From: an uncultured Bacteroidales bacterium
Lineage (GTDB): Bacteria; Bacteroidota; Bacteroidia; Bacteroidales; UBA932
NCBI GenBank assembly: GCA_946616285.1
Contig: CAMOIT010000001.1
Span: 32,530 to 96,529, forward strand
DNA: 64,000 bases
Direction of reading: 5' to 3'
In this document: positions 29,926-39,966 of the stretch, in pieces
How the letters are laid out: each line of letters opens with the position of its first letter
Position numbering within the stretch: the stretch's first letter is position 1
Made by a program: the position numbers and the translations under genes
Notes under the pieces: generated by a model
Database searches by the model: none
What the model was told of the DNA's origin: nothing
What the model saw: the letters and a program-made list of their open reading frames with translations, nothing else

Positions 29926-31146
29926 TTACGCGATATCCTTTTGAACTGTCACGAAGCGGGCCATGGCTACGCAGCCGCCGCCAAGTAGGGCGAAAATGGC
30001 AAGGGAAGCGAAGGCGAGGCGGATGGAGAAGGCGTCACTAAGCAGTCCCATTACTACGGGGCCAAGCGCGCCAACTATGCAGCCGCCGCAACCGAAGATG
30101 CCGGTGGCCATGGCCCTGTATTTGGGATCTATCACTTCCAGCATGGCCGCGTAAAGATTGGAATCGTAAACGCCTGTGGCAAAGCCGAACATGGCTAGCG
30201 ATGCGATCATTACTGAAAGTTCGGAAGTTCCAGCTATCATCAGGATGAAGGGAATACAAAGGAGGATTCCTGCAAGTTCAACCTCGAAGCGTATGTAGGG
30301 ACGTTTGGGCTTGAACTTGTCTGACAGCCTTCCGCTGATGGTCGCACCTATAAAGGCGCCAAGATAGAACCAGAACACTCCGTGAAAAACGGCAGTTGAG
30401 GGGGCCATGTCGGGGAAGGCCCTCATCATGAACACCGGAGTCCAGATCTTTACCCCGTATGTGGCAAAGAAGTAACATCCAAGGGCCGCCATCATCCACA
30501 GTGCAGTCGGCTTGGTGAAAAATGCCTTCAGAGCATCTCCGACCGATGTTTCGCCCTTCTTGCCAACGTTAGGCGTATCCTTAAGGAGCAGTAGCAGGAC
30601 CAGCGTCCACAACATCCCGATTGCGCCGAAAATCCAGAAAGCCCTGCGCCATCCGTCCGGATGTCCGGCCGCCATCTTGCTGGCGATGACAGAGCATACC
30701 ACTATGCCAAGGTAAATGGCTCCCTGATACACGGAAAATGCCGTCCCACGTGTGTCTGTGTGGAATTCACTTATAAGCGAAGTGTTGCATGGCGGCATAA
30801 GTGACTGGCCTATTCCGTTCATAAGGCCATAGGCTATGAAGAGCATGCCTATCCCGGAAGCGAAACCGGAAAGGAAGATGCCGGCGGAGAAAAGGAGGCT
30901 TCCCGCCAATAGTATCCACTTGCGGCGGAAAAAATCAGCCGCCATACCGGCGAAGGGAATCACAATGCCGAAGGCTAGCGTAAAGGCACTGCCTACAAGG
31001 CCAAGGCTGGCGTCGGAGATTTCGCCTCCGAAAACCGCCTTGATGTCCGGCAATACGGCGGCATAAATCTGCCTTGTTCCCTGCGCCAGGAAGTACGCCA
31101 CGGAAACCAGGGCCAGCATCACCCATTTATAGTCAATCTTCTTCAT
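29926..31146 (-). CDS. MFS transporter
   Basis: About 12 hydrophobic segments; motif A-like GMAADFFRRK and GRLSDK. Confidence 0.9.
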   Translation of the reverse strand: MKKIDYKWVMLALVSVAYFLAQGTRQIYAAVLPDIKAVFGGEISDASLGLVGSAFTLAFGIVIPFAGMAADFFRRKWILLAGSLLFSAGIFLSGFASGIGMLFIAYGLMNGIGQSLMPPCNTSLISEFHTDTRGTAFSVYQGAIYLGIVVCSVIASKMAAGHPDGWRRAFWIFGAIGMLWTLVLLLLLKDTPNVGKKGETSVGDALKAFFTKPTALWMMAALGCYFFATYGVKIWTPVFMMRAFPDMAPSTAVFHGVFWFYLGAFIGATISGRLSDKFKPKRPYIRFEVELAGILLCIPFILMIAGTSELSVMIASLAMFGFATGVYDSNLYAAMLEVIDPKYRAMATGIFGCGGCIVGALGPVVMGLLSDAFSIRLAFASLAIFALLGGGCVAMARFVTVQKDIA

Positions 31147-32029
31147 AGGCCTGAACAAATACCGGTTTTTCAATCTGGATTATTTCTTCGGTAGGGGAGA
31201 GAAGCCCGGTATCCGGGTTGCGGTCATAATACTCGATACGGTCTGAATCCCTGCATGCGACTAGCAGTTTGCCTCCATCCGGGCTCATGCAGAAGTGCCT
31301 TGGATGGGCGCCGGTGGTCTGATAGCCGGCTTTTTCAAGCAGCCCGTTCTCCTTTATGGCGAATACCCCTATTCCGTCATTCTTAAGGCGGGATGAGGCA
31401 TAGAGGTATTTGCCGTCGGGGCTTAAAAGTATGTGCCCACCGCCGCCGGGCAGCTGGTCGTTGACGGTTATCCGCTGCCTAAGTTCCATCGATGGCCAGT
31501 CCAGGACAAAGACTTCGTCCGAAAGCTCGGTGGCAACGTACAGCTTGTGCCGGCCGAAGGCGCAGTGCCTTGGCCCGCAGCCCTCTGGCATGGGAAAAGC
31601 CTCGATACCGTCCATTGAAAGCGTGCCGCCCGAGACTTGGAATCTGTAAAGCTTGTCGGCGCCAAGGTCCACCACCACAAGTGCACCTCTATCCGGAGAC
31701 AGCCAGCTGGAGTGGATGTGCGGGCCTTCCTGCCGTCCGGTCACTGGGCCGCTGCCTCCAAAGTGAAGTAGCCTTGGCTCTCCGGAGGGGATACCATCTG
31801 CCCCAAGGGGATAGATGGAGAGCGTGCCGGATGTGTAATCGGCCACTACCGCCTCTTTGGGAAGCAGGGTGATGTGGCAGGAATGCTCCCCGGGGGTTGG
31901 GTATTCTTTTCCGTCCACGCATAGAAAAGAGCCGCCGGCGAGGCTCCGGAGGGAATAAACCTTGCCGAAGCCCCGCGCGAGCCATGTGTGGCCGCATTCG
32001 AGCGTCCAGGAACCGGTAATAAGTTTCAC
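31133..32029 (-). CDS. Lactonase, 6-phosphogluconolactonase-like beta-propeller
   Basis: RQEGPHIH, DLGAD, GCGPRH, LSPDGKYLYASSR, HPRHF. Confidence 0.88.
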   Translation of the reverse strand: MKLITGSWTLECGHTWLARGFGKVYSLRSLAGGSFLCVDGKEYPTPGEHSCHITLLPKEAVVADYTSGTLSIYPLGADGIPSGEPRLLHFGGSGPVTGRQEGPHIHSSWLSPDRGALVVVDLGADKLYRFQVSGGTLSMDGIEAFPMPEGCGPRHCAFGRHKLYVATELSDEVFVLDWPSMELRQRITVNDQLPGGGGHILLSPDGKYLYASSRLKNDGIGVFAIKENGLLEKAGYQTTGAHPRHFCMSPDGGKLLVACRDSDRIEYYDRNPDTGLLSPTEEIIQIEKPVFVQAYEED

Positions 32030-32772
32030 TAAAAATATCCTCCCTTGTCTTTTATTTCCTGTATGGTCTCGCCTTTGTGAACCCAGGAGAAGATTTTTTT
32101 CTCGTTTTCACGGATTTCTTCGGCACGGAGTAGTACTTCGTATGCTATCTCACGTGGAACCACCAGCACGCCGTCGATATCTCCCAGCACAACGTCCCCA
32201 GGCTTGATGGTTACGTTGCCTATTACGATTGGAATCTGGTAATGTGTGATAAGGCATCGGCCCAGGCTGCCGTTGGAAATACGGTATTCGTAGAAGATGG
32301 GAAAATCGGCCTCCAGTATCTGATGGGTGTCGCGGATGCCGCCGTCGATGCATGCGGCCTTGATTTTCTTGCCCTTTGCGGTAGCGGTCATTACGCCGCC
32401 CCAAAGGGTGGCCTCCTGGTCACGAGACGTATCCCATACCACAAAATGGTCCTCGCCAAGTGAATCCAGCATCTGGGTGCGGAATTCCATTTCTCCGGTA
32501 ATCTTGGCGTTGGGAGCGCTTTTTACGGTGAAGGCAAAACCGGATACCGTGCGATATTCGCGAAGGGGCTTGATGCGGTTTGGAAGCGCCTGGTGCAGTA
32601 GGCAGAACTCCCTCAGGACGTCGTTGACTGCGCCCAGGTAAAGCTGTTCGAAGCGATGCAGAAGTTCTTTGTCCGGAATGGGGAAGGGCTCGGTTGAGAT
32701 ACCCTCTCGGGCCTGAATGAGCTTTTCCAGTTTCATCATGCCCACTTCTTTTTTGTACTGTTCTACGCTCAT
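32029..32772 (-). CDS. RraA family / HMG-CHA-type class II pyruvate aldolase
   Basis: GFAFTV, LWGGVM, IDGGIRD, VTIKPGDVVLGDIDGVLVVP. Confidence 0.88.
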   Translation of the reverse strand: MSVEQYKKEVGMMKLEKLIQAREGISTEPFPIPDKELLHRFEQLYLGAVNDVLREFCLLHQALPNRIKPLREYRTVSGFAFTVKSAPNAKITGEMEFRTQMLDSLGEDHFVVWDTSRDQEATLWGGVMTATAKGKKIKAACIDGGIRDTHQILEADFPIFYEYRISNGSLGRCLITHYQIPIVIGNVTIKPGDVVLGDIDGVLVVPREIAYEVLLRAEEIRENEKKIFSWVHKGETIQEIKDKGGYF

Positions 32773-33548
32773 TTTCCTTTAGTAAATGGTATAGACATGC
32801 CGCCGTCGATGGGAATGTCGGCGCCGGTGATATATCGGCCTTCATCAGAAACGAGGAGGAGGACGGTGGGGGCGATGTCTTCGCTCTGGCCCACGAAGCC
32901 CACGGGGATGGAGTTCTCGATCATCCTGCGGTAGTCGGGATCGGCCAGGACTTTTTCATTTCTGACTGTCTCGATGGCGCCGGGTGCTATATTATTAATG
33001 GTGATGCCGTCTCCTGCAAGCTGGCCACAAAGGGTCATGCAAAGGTTGTTTTGGGCGGCCTTGGTGGCTGCGTACACTGCCATCGCGGTGTTGGGTCTGC
33101 TTTGCTGGACGCTGCCCACAGTGACGATACGGCCCCATTTCCTGGCGCGCATGCCGGGAACGCATGCCTGGATGAGCTGCAGTGATGCGCGGAAATTGGT
33201 GTGCATCTGTTTGTCGAACTCTTCGTTCGTGATGCTTTCCCAGTCGTTCCGGATCTGGACCGATGCGTTCAGGACCAGGATGTCAACGGTGATGCCGTTT
33301 TCTGCCATAAAGGCTTCGAAGTCTTCCCTAAGGCTGTCCCTGGAGATGTCGTATTTCCATGCCAGATACTCTCCGCCGACGGATTTGACGGCGTCCATGG
33401 TTATTGCTGCTTTTGCGTCGTTGGAATTCCAGTTGATGATTACCTTTGCTCCGTGTTTTGCAAGAAGCACGGCGGTTGCACGGCCTATGCCCTGGCCGCT
33501 GCCGGTTACGAGGGCGGTTTTGCCCCTGAGGTCAAATTCTAGCTCCAT
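32769..33548 (-). CDS. SDR family oxidoreductase
   Basis: TGSGQGIG Rossmann motif, YAATK catalytic motif, NNIAPG, YITG...DGG. Confidence 0.93.
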   Translation of the reverse strand: MELEFDLRGKTALVTGSGQGIGRATAVLLAKHGAKVIINWNSNDAKAAITMDAVKSVGGEYLAWKYDISRDSLREDFEAFMAENGITVDILVLNASVQIRNDWESITNEEFDKQMHTNFRASLQLIQACVPGMRARKWGRIVTVGSVQQSRPNTAMAVYAATKAAQNNLCMTLCGQLAGDGITINNIAPGAIETVRNEKVLADPDYRRMIENSIPVGFVGQSEDIAPTVLLLVSDEGRYITGADIPIDGGMSIPFTKGK

Positions 33549-34879
33549 ATTCTGTCGTTTGAAAATTCCTGGTTCCATTCATCCGTGGGCTCCCATAAGC
33601 CGGGGATGTTTTTGTTTATGTGTTTTGCGATAAGTGCTTCGTTCAGGGATTCTATGCCGAGGCCGGGCGTATTGGGCACGGTGATGTATCCGTCCTTTAC
33701 AAGAGGGTCCGGGAGACCGTTCACAAGGTCTTTCCACCATGGGATGTCCACGGAATGAAGCTCCATGGCAAGCACGTTGTGCATTGCTGCGGCCGTGTGC
33801 ACTGCGGCCATTGCGGCGATGGGGCTTTCGGCCATGTGGATGGCGACGGCGACGCCTTCTTCATCGGCCATGTCGGCAATCTTCTTCAGTTCAAGGGCGC
33901 CGCCGCAGGTGAGAATATCGGGGTGGATGACGCTCACTGCATGGCCTTTTACCAGCGGTTCGAAGCCTTCCTTAAGGTAAATGTCTTCGCCGGTGCAGAC
34001 GGGGATGGTGGTGGATGCGCGCATCAGTTTGTACTGGTCCGTGTACATCCAGGGCACCATGTCTTCCATCCAGGCGATGTTGTATTTTTCTACGCGGCGG
34101 GCGAAGCGGATGCAATCCTCCACGCACACGTGTCCGAAGTGGTCAATGGCAAGTGGCACTTCGTAGCCTATCACGTCGCGAACGTCCCTGACATACTTTT
34201 CGAGGATGTCCAGGCCGTGTTCAGTGAGGTGGATGCCGGTGAAAGGGTGGGCTGTTGTGACGATGTCGTAGCTCTTTTGCTTCCGGACCATTTCGGCCGT
34301 GACGCTGCCGCCCTGTACGTTCAGGATGTGCGGAGCGTAGGTTTTCATGTCCTCGATCAGGCCGAGCGGCGCGTTGATGGCGCCAGGCTCATTCATGAGA
34401 AGGCCTATGCCAAGGTCCATCTTCAGGAATGTGAAGCCCATTTCCATGCGCTTTTTCAGGGCCAGTCCCATCGCGTGGCCGTCGTTGTCTTTGCCGTCGG
34501 CGTCGGTGTCGCAGTATACGCGTATTCTGTCACGGTATTTGCCGCCGAGAAGCTGCCATACGGGTACGCCCCATGCTTTCCCAGCAAGGTCCCAGAGAGC
34601 GATTTCTATGCCGGAGACGCCGCCTCCCTGTCTGGACGGTCCGCCGAACTGCTTGATCTTATGGAACAGCCTGTCCACATTGCATGGGTTTTCGCCCAAA
34701 ATGCGGCTCTTGAGCATAAGGGCGTAGGTCTTGGAAGAGGCGTCGCGCACTTCCCCGTAACCTATCAGTCCCTGATTGGTATAAATCTTCAGAAGCGTGC
34801 ATCGCTTTGGGGCGCTGTCGATATCGGCGAAGCGCATGTCCGTAATCTTGAGACTTGAGGGGTCTATTTTTGGATTCAT
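33539..34879 (-). CDS. Mandelate racemase/enolase superfamily acid-sugar dehydratase
   Basis: SGIEIALWDLAGK..GVPVWQLLGG, KMD, WMED, TGED, HPD, PNTPGLG. Confidence 0.9.
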   Translation of the reverse strand: MNPKIDPSSLKITDMRFADIDSAPKRCTLLKIYTNQGLIGYGEVRDASSKTYALMLKSRILGENPCNVDRLFHKIKQFGGPSRQGGGVSGIEIALWDLAGKAWGVPVWQLLGGKYRDRIRVYCDTDADGKDNDGHAMGLALKKRMEMGFTFLKMDLGIGLLMNEPGAINAPLGLIEDMKTYAPHILNVQGGSVTAEMVRKQKSYDIVTTAHPFTGIHLTEHGLDILEKYVRDVRDVIGYEVPLAIDHFGHVCVEDCIRFARRVEKYNIAWMEDMVPWMYTDQYKLMRASTTIPVCTGEDIYLKEGFEPLVKGHAVSVIHPDILTCGGALELKKIADMADEEGVAVAIHMAESPIAAMAAVHTAAAMHNVLAMELHSVDIPWWKDLVNGLPDPLVKDGYITVPNTPGLGIESLNEALIAKHINKNIPGLWEPTDEWNQEFSNDRIWS

Positions 34880-34993
34880 TTTTATAATGTAAAAATAGAT
34901 TATTATTGCCTTTTATTGCTTGTAAAGATATCTATTATTGTTGCATAAGAAAAGAATTATTGTAATATTTGCATAAACTTTTACAATATAAAA
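34880..34993. promoter_or_regulatory. Pair of 15-bp palindromes, candidate IclR operators
   Basis: ttttataatgtaaaa (34880-34894) and ttttacaatataaaa (34979-34993) each abut the ATG of one of the divergent genes. Confidence 0.55.
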
Positions 34994-35743
34994 ATGATTC
35001 GCTCCGTCGGAAAGGCTCTCGATATTTTGGAATTGCTCTCGGCAAACGAGAGCAGGGAGGTAAGTCTCACCGAAATAGCTTCGGCCCTTTCCATGGATGT
35101 CGGTACTTGTGCAAATCTCATAAAAACGCTGAGACTCAGAGGGTATGTGGACCAGTCTGCTCCCCGGAGCGGATATCGAATCGGGTATAGGCTGTACCAT
35201 CTGAGCGGTCGAACAATCGAGAACGATTTCCTGACGAAAATAGCCCGCACGGACATAGAAGCCCTGGGGGAGAGCCTCAATGAATGTGCCCTTCTGTCCG
35301 TTATACGCAATGACCGCAGGATTGTTCTTATGAGTACGACACCGGACCGGGAAATAATTGTGAGAACGACTTTCGACAAATCTGTCTATAAGGCATGCAC
35401 CGGAAGAATGATTCTTTCCTGCTATACCCAGGAGCATTTGGGGCAGTTTGTCAACCGTGTCGGCTTGCCGTCCGGGGAAGAATGGCCCGGCGTCGGGGAT
35501 TCGCCCAATCCGGAAAGCGAGCTTATGAACGCGCTTGTGGAGATAAAGCGGAAGGGGTACGCCAGTGACAGGGACTCGCACGGCATCGCCGGCTTTGCCG
35601 CACCGCTCTTCAAGGATGGACATGTCTGCGGTTCAGTTGGCGTGTACCTCCCCGTGGAACGGCTTAAAGACCCGGCCATCGTGCTGGAAAGGGTCCTTTC
35701 CTGTGCCAGCGATATCAATGAAAAACTGAAAAAGAAATATTGA
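34994..35743 (+). CDS. IclR family transcriptional regulator
   Basis: IRSVGKALDILE, SLTEIA HTH, TL...GYV, ACTGR, GYA.D; divergent from the catabolic operon. Confidence 0.93.
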   Translation: MIRSVGKALDILELLSANESREVSLTEIASALSMDVGTCANLIKTLRLRGYVDQSAPRSGYRIGYRLYHLSGRTIENDFLTKIARTDIEALGESLNECALLSVIRNDRRIVLMSTTPDREIIVRTTFDKSVYKACTGRMILSCYTQEHLGQFVNRVGLPSGEEWPGVGDSPNPESELMNALVEIKRKGYASDRDSHGIAGFAAPLFKDGHVCGSVGVYLPVERLKDPAIVLERVLSCASDINEKLKKKY

Positions 35744-35750
35744 ATAAGCT

Positions 35751-37832
35751 ATGAAACAACTGATGACCATTGCCTTCCTGCTGCTTGGCGTATCCGCTCT
35801 GTCGGCGCAGCCACGTATTGACCAAAAGGCTCGTGAGCGGGCCGCCGAGCTGGTTTCACAGATGACGCTGGAGGAAAAGTGCACCTTGATCCACGGCGTC
35901 AAGGATGGAGATGCTGTGTATGAGGACGGCTTCCATATCCAGCCCGTTCTACGGCTTGGGATTCCCGCCATCCGTATGGCGGACGGTCCGCAGGGCGTGC
36001 GCAACAAGACCAACAGCACCTATTATCCCTGCGGCATTTCGCTGGCGGCTTCGTGGAACCGTGAGGTGGCCGGCAAGGTGGGCGAGGGGATCGGCCTGGA
36101 TGCCCGTGCGCGTGGTGTGGCCATCATGCTCTGCCCCGGCGTAAATATCTACCGCACGGCTTTGTGCGGCCGAAATTTCGAGTATTACGGCGAGGATCCG
36201 TACCTTGCCTCGGAGACGGCCCTGCATTATATCGAAGGCATCCAGGACAAGGGCGTAATGGCCACTATCAAGCACTTCGCCCTGAATAATCAGGAGTTCG
36301 ACCGTCATGGCGTCAGCTCCAATGCCGACGAACGCACAATCAACGAAATTTACTTCCCGGCTTTCCGGAAGGCGGTGGAGGAAGGGGACGTCGCCTGCGT
36401 GATGACCAGCTACAATCTCGTTAATGGCACCCACGCTTCGGAGAATCCCTGGCTTATCAGGGACAACCTTCGCGCCTGGGGCTTCGAGGGCATCGTCATG
36501 AGCGACTGGACGTCGACCTATAGCGCCATCGGCTGTTTCGGCAGCGGGCTGGACATCGAAATGCCGCGCGGCTACGCGATGAACTACGAGAACGCCAAGG
36601 TGCTCCTGGAAAGCGGTGTGATTGAGGAAAGCTGGATCGACGAGAAATGCCGCCATATCCTGCAGACGGTGATTGCCTACGGCTTCCTGGACAATCCGGT
36701 GAAGGACGAATCCATTCCTGAGGACTGCGACATTTCCCGCGCCAATGCCCTGGCTGCGGCGCTGGAGGGGCCGGTTATGCTCAAGAACGAAGGCTTGCTG
36801 CCGCTGAAAAAGTCCCGCAAGTCCATCATCGTCCTTGGCCCCAATGCCGATATCGTCCCTTATGGCGGCGGCAGCGGCAGGATGGACCCGATCGAAGGCC
36901 GGAACGTTACGCTTTATGCCGGCCTTTCGCGCCTGGGGAAGGGATACAAAGTGGAGCTGATGGACTGGAAAGCGCCTGATTATGAGAAGATTCGAAAGGC
37001 CGGCGCGGTGATCATCGCCGTCGGTTTCAATCACGATACCGAACTTGAAAATGCCGACCGGACCTACTCGCTGCCCGACGGCCAGGACGCCCTTATCGCT
37101 TCCGTGGCCGAGGCCAATCCCCATACCGCTGTCGTGGTTTATTCCGGCGGTGAGGTGGACGTTCGGCCCTGGATTGACAAGGTCGAAGCCCTGGTCATGG
37201 CCTGGTACTCCGGCCAGGAGGGCGGTACTGCTCTGGCGCAGATACTTTCGGGGAAAGTTTCTCCTTCGGGCCGCCTCCCGTTTACCTTCTGGGGCTCGCT
37301 GGAGGCTAATCCCGCATATCCCAACTACTTCATTTCCAAGCCCTATGGCCAGCGTACGGCAAAGCGTTACAGCCAGTATCCGTTTGTCGAATACAACGAG
37401 GGCATCTTCCTGGGTTACAGGGGAATGGAGCATTTTGGCGTAAAGCCCATGTTCCCCCTGGGTTACGGTCTCACCTACACGGATTTTGCCTATTCCGATC
37501 TGTCCGTCAAGGCCTTAGACGGTGGTTATGAGCTGAGTTTCGTCATTACCAATACCGGCAAGGTGACGACTTCCGAAGTGGCGCAGGTTTACATCACCGC
37601 CCTGGATTCCGCAGTCATCAAGGCCGATATGGAATTGAAGGGCTACGAGAAAGTCACCGTAGCTCCCGGAAAGTCGGAGACTGTTTCGGTATTCCTGCCT
37701 GCATCGGCCTTCTCACATTACGACGTGTCCTCCCACGCCTGGGTTAACGATGCCGGAAAGTATCGTGTCAACGTTGGCGCTTCCGCCCTGGACATCAGAC
37801 TGTTCCGGGAGATAAGTCACGGCGAGGAGTAG
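35751..37832 (+). CDS. GH3 beta-glucosidase
   Basis: MTLEEK, ADGPQGVR, GRNFEYYGEDP, KHFALN, VMSDW nucleophile motif, AWYSGQEGG, C-terminal Fn3-like domain. Confidence 0.95.
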   Translation: MKQLMTIAFLLLGVSALSAQPRIDQKARERAAELVSQMTLEEKCTLIHGVKDGDAVYEDGFHIQPVLRLGIPAIRMADGPQGVRNKTNSTYYPCGISLAASWNREVAGKVGEGIGLDARARGVAIMLCPGVNIYRTALCGRNFEYYGEDPYLASETALHYIEGIQDKGVMATIKHFALNNQEFDRHGVSSNADERTINEIYFPAFRKAVEEGDVACVMTSYNLVNGTHASENPWLIRDNLRAWGFEGIVMSDWTSTYSAIGCFGSGLDIEMPRGYAMNYENAKVLLESGVIEESWIDEKCRHILQTVIAYGFLDNPVKDESIPEDCDISRANALAAALEGPVMLKNEGLLPLKKSRKSIIVLGPNADIVPYGGGSGRMDPIEGRNVTLYAGLSRLGKGYKVELMDWKAPDYEKIRKAGAVIIAVGFNHDTELENADRTYSLPDGQDALIASVAEANPHTAVVVYSGGEVDVRPWIDKVEALVMAWYSGQEGGTALAQILSGKVSPSGRLPFTFWGSLEANPAYPNYFISKPYGQRTAKRYSQYPFVEYNEGIFLGYRGMEHFGVKPMFPLGYGLTYTDFAYSDLSVKALDGGYELSFVITNTGKVTTSEVAQVYITALDSAVIKADMELKGYEKVTVAPGKSETVSVFLPASAFSHYDVSSHAWVNDAGKYRVNVGASALDIRLFREISHGEE

Positions 37833-37834
37833 AA

Positions 37835-39205
37835 TCATTTAGCCGACTCGTATTCCCGCAGGGCCTGTATGGCCTTGGGACAGAGGAGCAGTATGGCGAT
37901 GACGGTGAACCATGCCATAAGGCCAACGCCGATGTCGCCCAACTGCCAGATGAGGTCGGCCTCTTTGACCGCGCCGAAAATCACGGCTCCCAGCATCAGC
38001 GCCTGGAAGATGCGGATGGTAAGTTTTTCGCGTTTTCCTTCGCGGCCTTGGAAGAGGTAGATGATGCTGGTTTCGGCATAGAAATAATAGGCCATGATGG
38101 TGGTGAAGACGAAGAACACCATGGCTATGGACACGAACTCGCTGCCAAAGCCGGTAAAGACGCTGTCCACGGCGCTTTGCGTGTAGCCTACGTAGTTGTT
38201 GGCCAGTTCCGGCGCGCCGGCGTACAACAGCTGTCCGTCGCTGCCAAGGATATTGAAGGTGCCGGAGCTAAGTATCATCAGGGCAGTGGCGGTACACACC
38301 AGGAGGGTATCTACGTAGACCGAAAACGCCTGAGCCAGACCTTGCTGCGCAGGGTGGGGAACATCCGTCGCGGCCGATACGATTGCGCCTGTGCCTTGTC
38401 CTGCTTCGTTCGAGAAAATTCCCCGCTTTACACCCATGGCGATGGTAGAGCCTATGATGCCGCCGCAAAGGGGATTTATGCCGAAAGCGTTCTTGAATAT
38501 CAGGCCGAAGACCGCCGGCACGTCATGGATGTGGTAGCCGACGACCACCAGCGACATGACGATATAGCCCAGCGCCATGAAAGGCGTGACCACTGTCGCG
38601 ACTTGGGCGATGCGCTTGACTCCGCCCATTATCACCAGGCCCAGTATCGCTGCCAGGACTATCCCGGAAACCAGCGGCGACACCGGGAAAGCGTTTTTCA
38701 CTGCGGAGGAAACGCCGTTGGCCTGCACTGTTGGCAGGAAAACGCCGCAGGCAAGGATGGTAATGACGGCGAAGACGATACCCAGCCAGCGCTTGCCAAG
38801 GCCATGTTCGATAAAGCTGAAAGGCCCGCCGCGGTATCCCGTACGGTGCGGGAACTTGTAAATCTGCGCCAGCGTGGATTCCACAAAAGCCGTCGATGCG
38901 CCGAAAAAGGCCACCAACCACATCCAGAACACGGCCCCGGGCCCGCCGAAAGCGATGGCAGTAGCCACGCCCACGATATTACCCGTACCCACGCGTCCGG
39001 AAAGCGCTATGCAGAACGCCTCGAATGACGAAATCCCGTTATCCCCCTCCTTCTTGCTGAACAGGGAACGGATCATCGTCGAAAACTTACGCACCTGCAC
39101 AAAGCGCGTCCTAACCGAGAAATACAGTCCGGCCGCAATCAGCAGCACCACCAGCGCCGGATTCCATACAAAGTCGTTAACTTGGGAGACAATCTTTTCG
39201 AGCAT
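37835..39205 (-). CDS. Alanine/glycine:cation symporter (AGCS)
   Basis: RVGTGNIVGVATAI..GGPGAVFWMW, RGIFSNEAGQG, HPAQQG, VDTLLVCT. Confidence 0.95.
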   Translation of the reverse strand: MLEKIVSQVNDFVWNPALVVLLIAAGLYFSVRTRFVQVRKFSTMIRSLFSKKEGDNGISSFEAFCIALSGRVGTGNIVGVATAIAFGGPGAVFWMWLVAFFGASTAFVESTLAQIYKFPHRTGYRGGPFSFIEHGLGKRWLGIVFAVITILACGVFLPTVQANGVSSAVKNAFPVSPLVSGIVLAAILGLVIMGGVKRIAQVATVVTPFMALGYIVMSLVVVGYHIHDVPAVFGLIFKNAFGINPLCGGIIGSTIAMGVKRGIFSNEAGQGTGAIVSAATDVPHPAQQGLAQAFSVYVDTLLVCTATALMILSSGTFNILGSDGQLLYAGAPELANNYVGYTQSAVDSVFTGFGSEFVSIAMVFFVFTTIMAYYFYAETSIIYLFQGREGKREKLTIRIFQALMLGAVIFGAVKEADLIWQLGDIGVGLMAWFTVIAILLLCPKAIQALREYESAK

Positions 39206-39210
39206 GACTC

Positions 39211-39238
39211 CAAAGATACGAAAAAAGTTGTATCTTTG
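39211..39238. promoter_or_regulatory. Back-to-back divergent -7 promoter boxes
   Basis: caaagata (39211-39218, TATCTTTG on minus) and tatctttg (39231-39238) between divergent genes. Confidence 0.7.
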
Positions 39239-39264
39239 CACTCGAAAACTAAACGAATCATAAC

Positions 39265-39549
39265 ATGACGTTAAGAGACATTAAGAAAGACATCCAGTAT
39301 GTTATCGGTGCATTTGTGGACGACTGCACCCTCTTCCTGAACCTTAATCCCGGTAAGAATGCAGATGCTATCGCAGATCTGATTGACAAAGCCGTGGATC
39401 TTTATAACGAACTCAGGGACAAGGTGGTTGCCGCTCCCAAGGAAGGCACCAGGGCCTATTTCCGCGGCGTAAGCCAGGAGCTTCTGGAAAAGACCGACGG
39501 CCTGTACGACGAGCTTTCCGCAGCCGTAAAAGCAGGTCTGGGCAAGTAG
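39265..39549 (+). CDS. Small helical hypothetical protein
   Basis: 94 aa; N-terminus resembles a small Bacteroidales family (recalled, not searched); has its own promoter and terminator. Confidence 0.75.
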   Translation: MTLRDIKKDIQYVIGAFVDDCTLFLNLNPGKNADAIADLIDKAVDLYNELRDKVVAAPKEGTRAYFRGVSQELLEKTDGLYDELSAAVKAGLGK

Positions 39550-39566
39550 CTTCGGACACATATAAT

Positions 39567-39611
39567 AATATAAGAGACCGAAATCAGCAGATTCCGGTCT
39601 CTTATATTTTT
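39567..39611. terminator. Bidirectional terminator
   Basis: Long hairpin aatataagagaccg...cggtctcttatatt between convergent genes. Confidence 0.85.
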
Positions 39612-39622
39612 GTAGGATGTTC

Positions 39623-39895
39623 TTACTTCTGGAGAGCTTCCTTTGCAGCTTCGGAGGCGTTGTCGATAGCTTCGGCGGCGGCGTCCTTAGCAGCCTCGGT
39701 TACTTCCTCGGTGGCGTTTTCAATGGTCTCTTTCAGGTCCTTGCCTTCTTTGCAGCAATCTTCCTTAGCTTCGCAGCATTCTTTGTTAGCCTCGCAGCAG
39801 TTTTCTTCTGCCTTCTGTGCATCGCTGTTGCACTTGCAGGACACGGCAGCGGCCATGAGGGCGATAACTGCCATAGACATAAATACTTTCTTCAT
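39623..39895 (-). CDS. Small lipoprotein with three Cys-Cys heptads
   Basis: Lipobox AVSC; NCCEANKECCEAKEDCCK; TACCTTTG promoter box at 39928-39935. Confidence 0.8.
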   Translation of the reverse strand: MKKVFMSMAVIALMAAAVSCKCNSDAQKAEENCCEANKECCEAKEDCCKEGKDLKETIENATEEVTEAAKDAAAEAIDNASEAAKEALQK

Positions 39896-39966
39896 AACTT
39901 TAAAGAATTAATACGTTTATTTGGCCACAAAGGTATATAAAAATTTTAAAAAATGAAAGAAGTTCT

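Noticed and set aside
29926-34879. Specific gene names such as dgoD, pgl or ligK
   Set aside because: Family motifs are clear, but substrate specificity cannot be assigned from sequence by eye.
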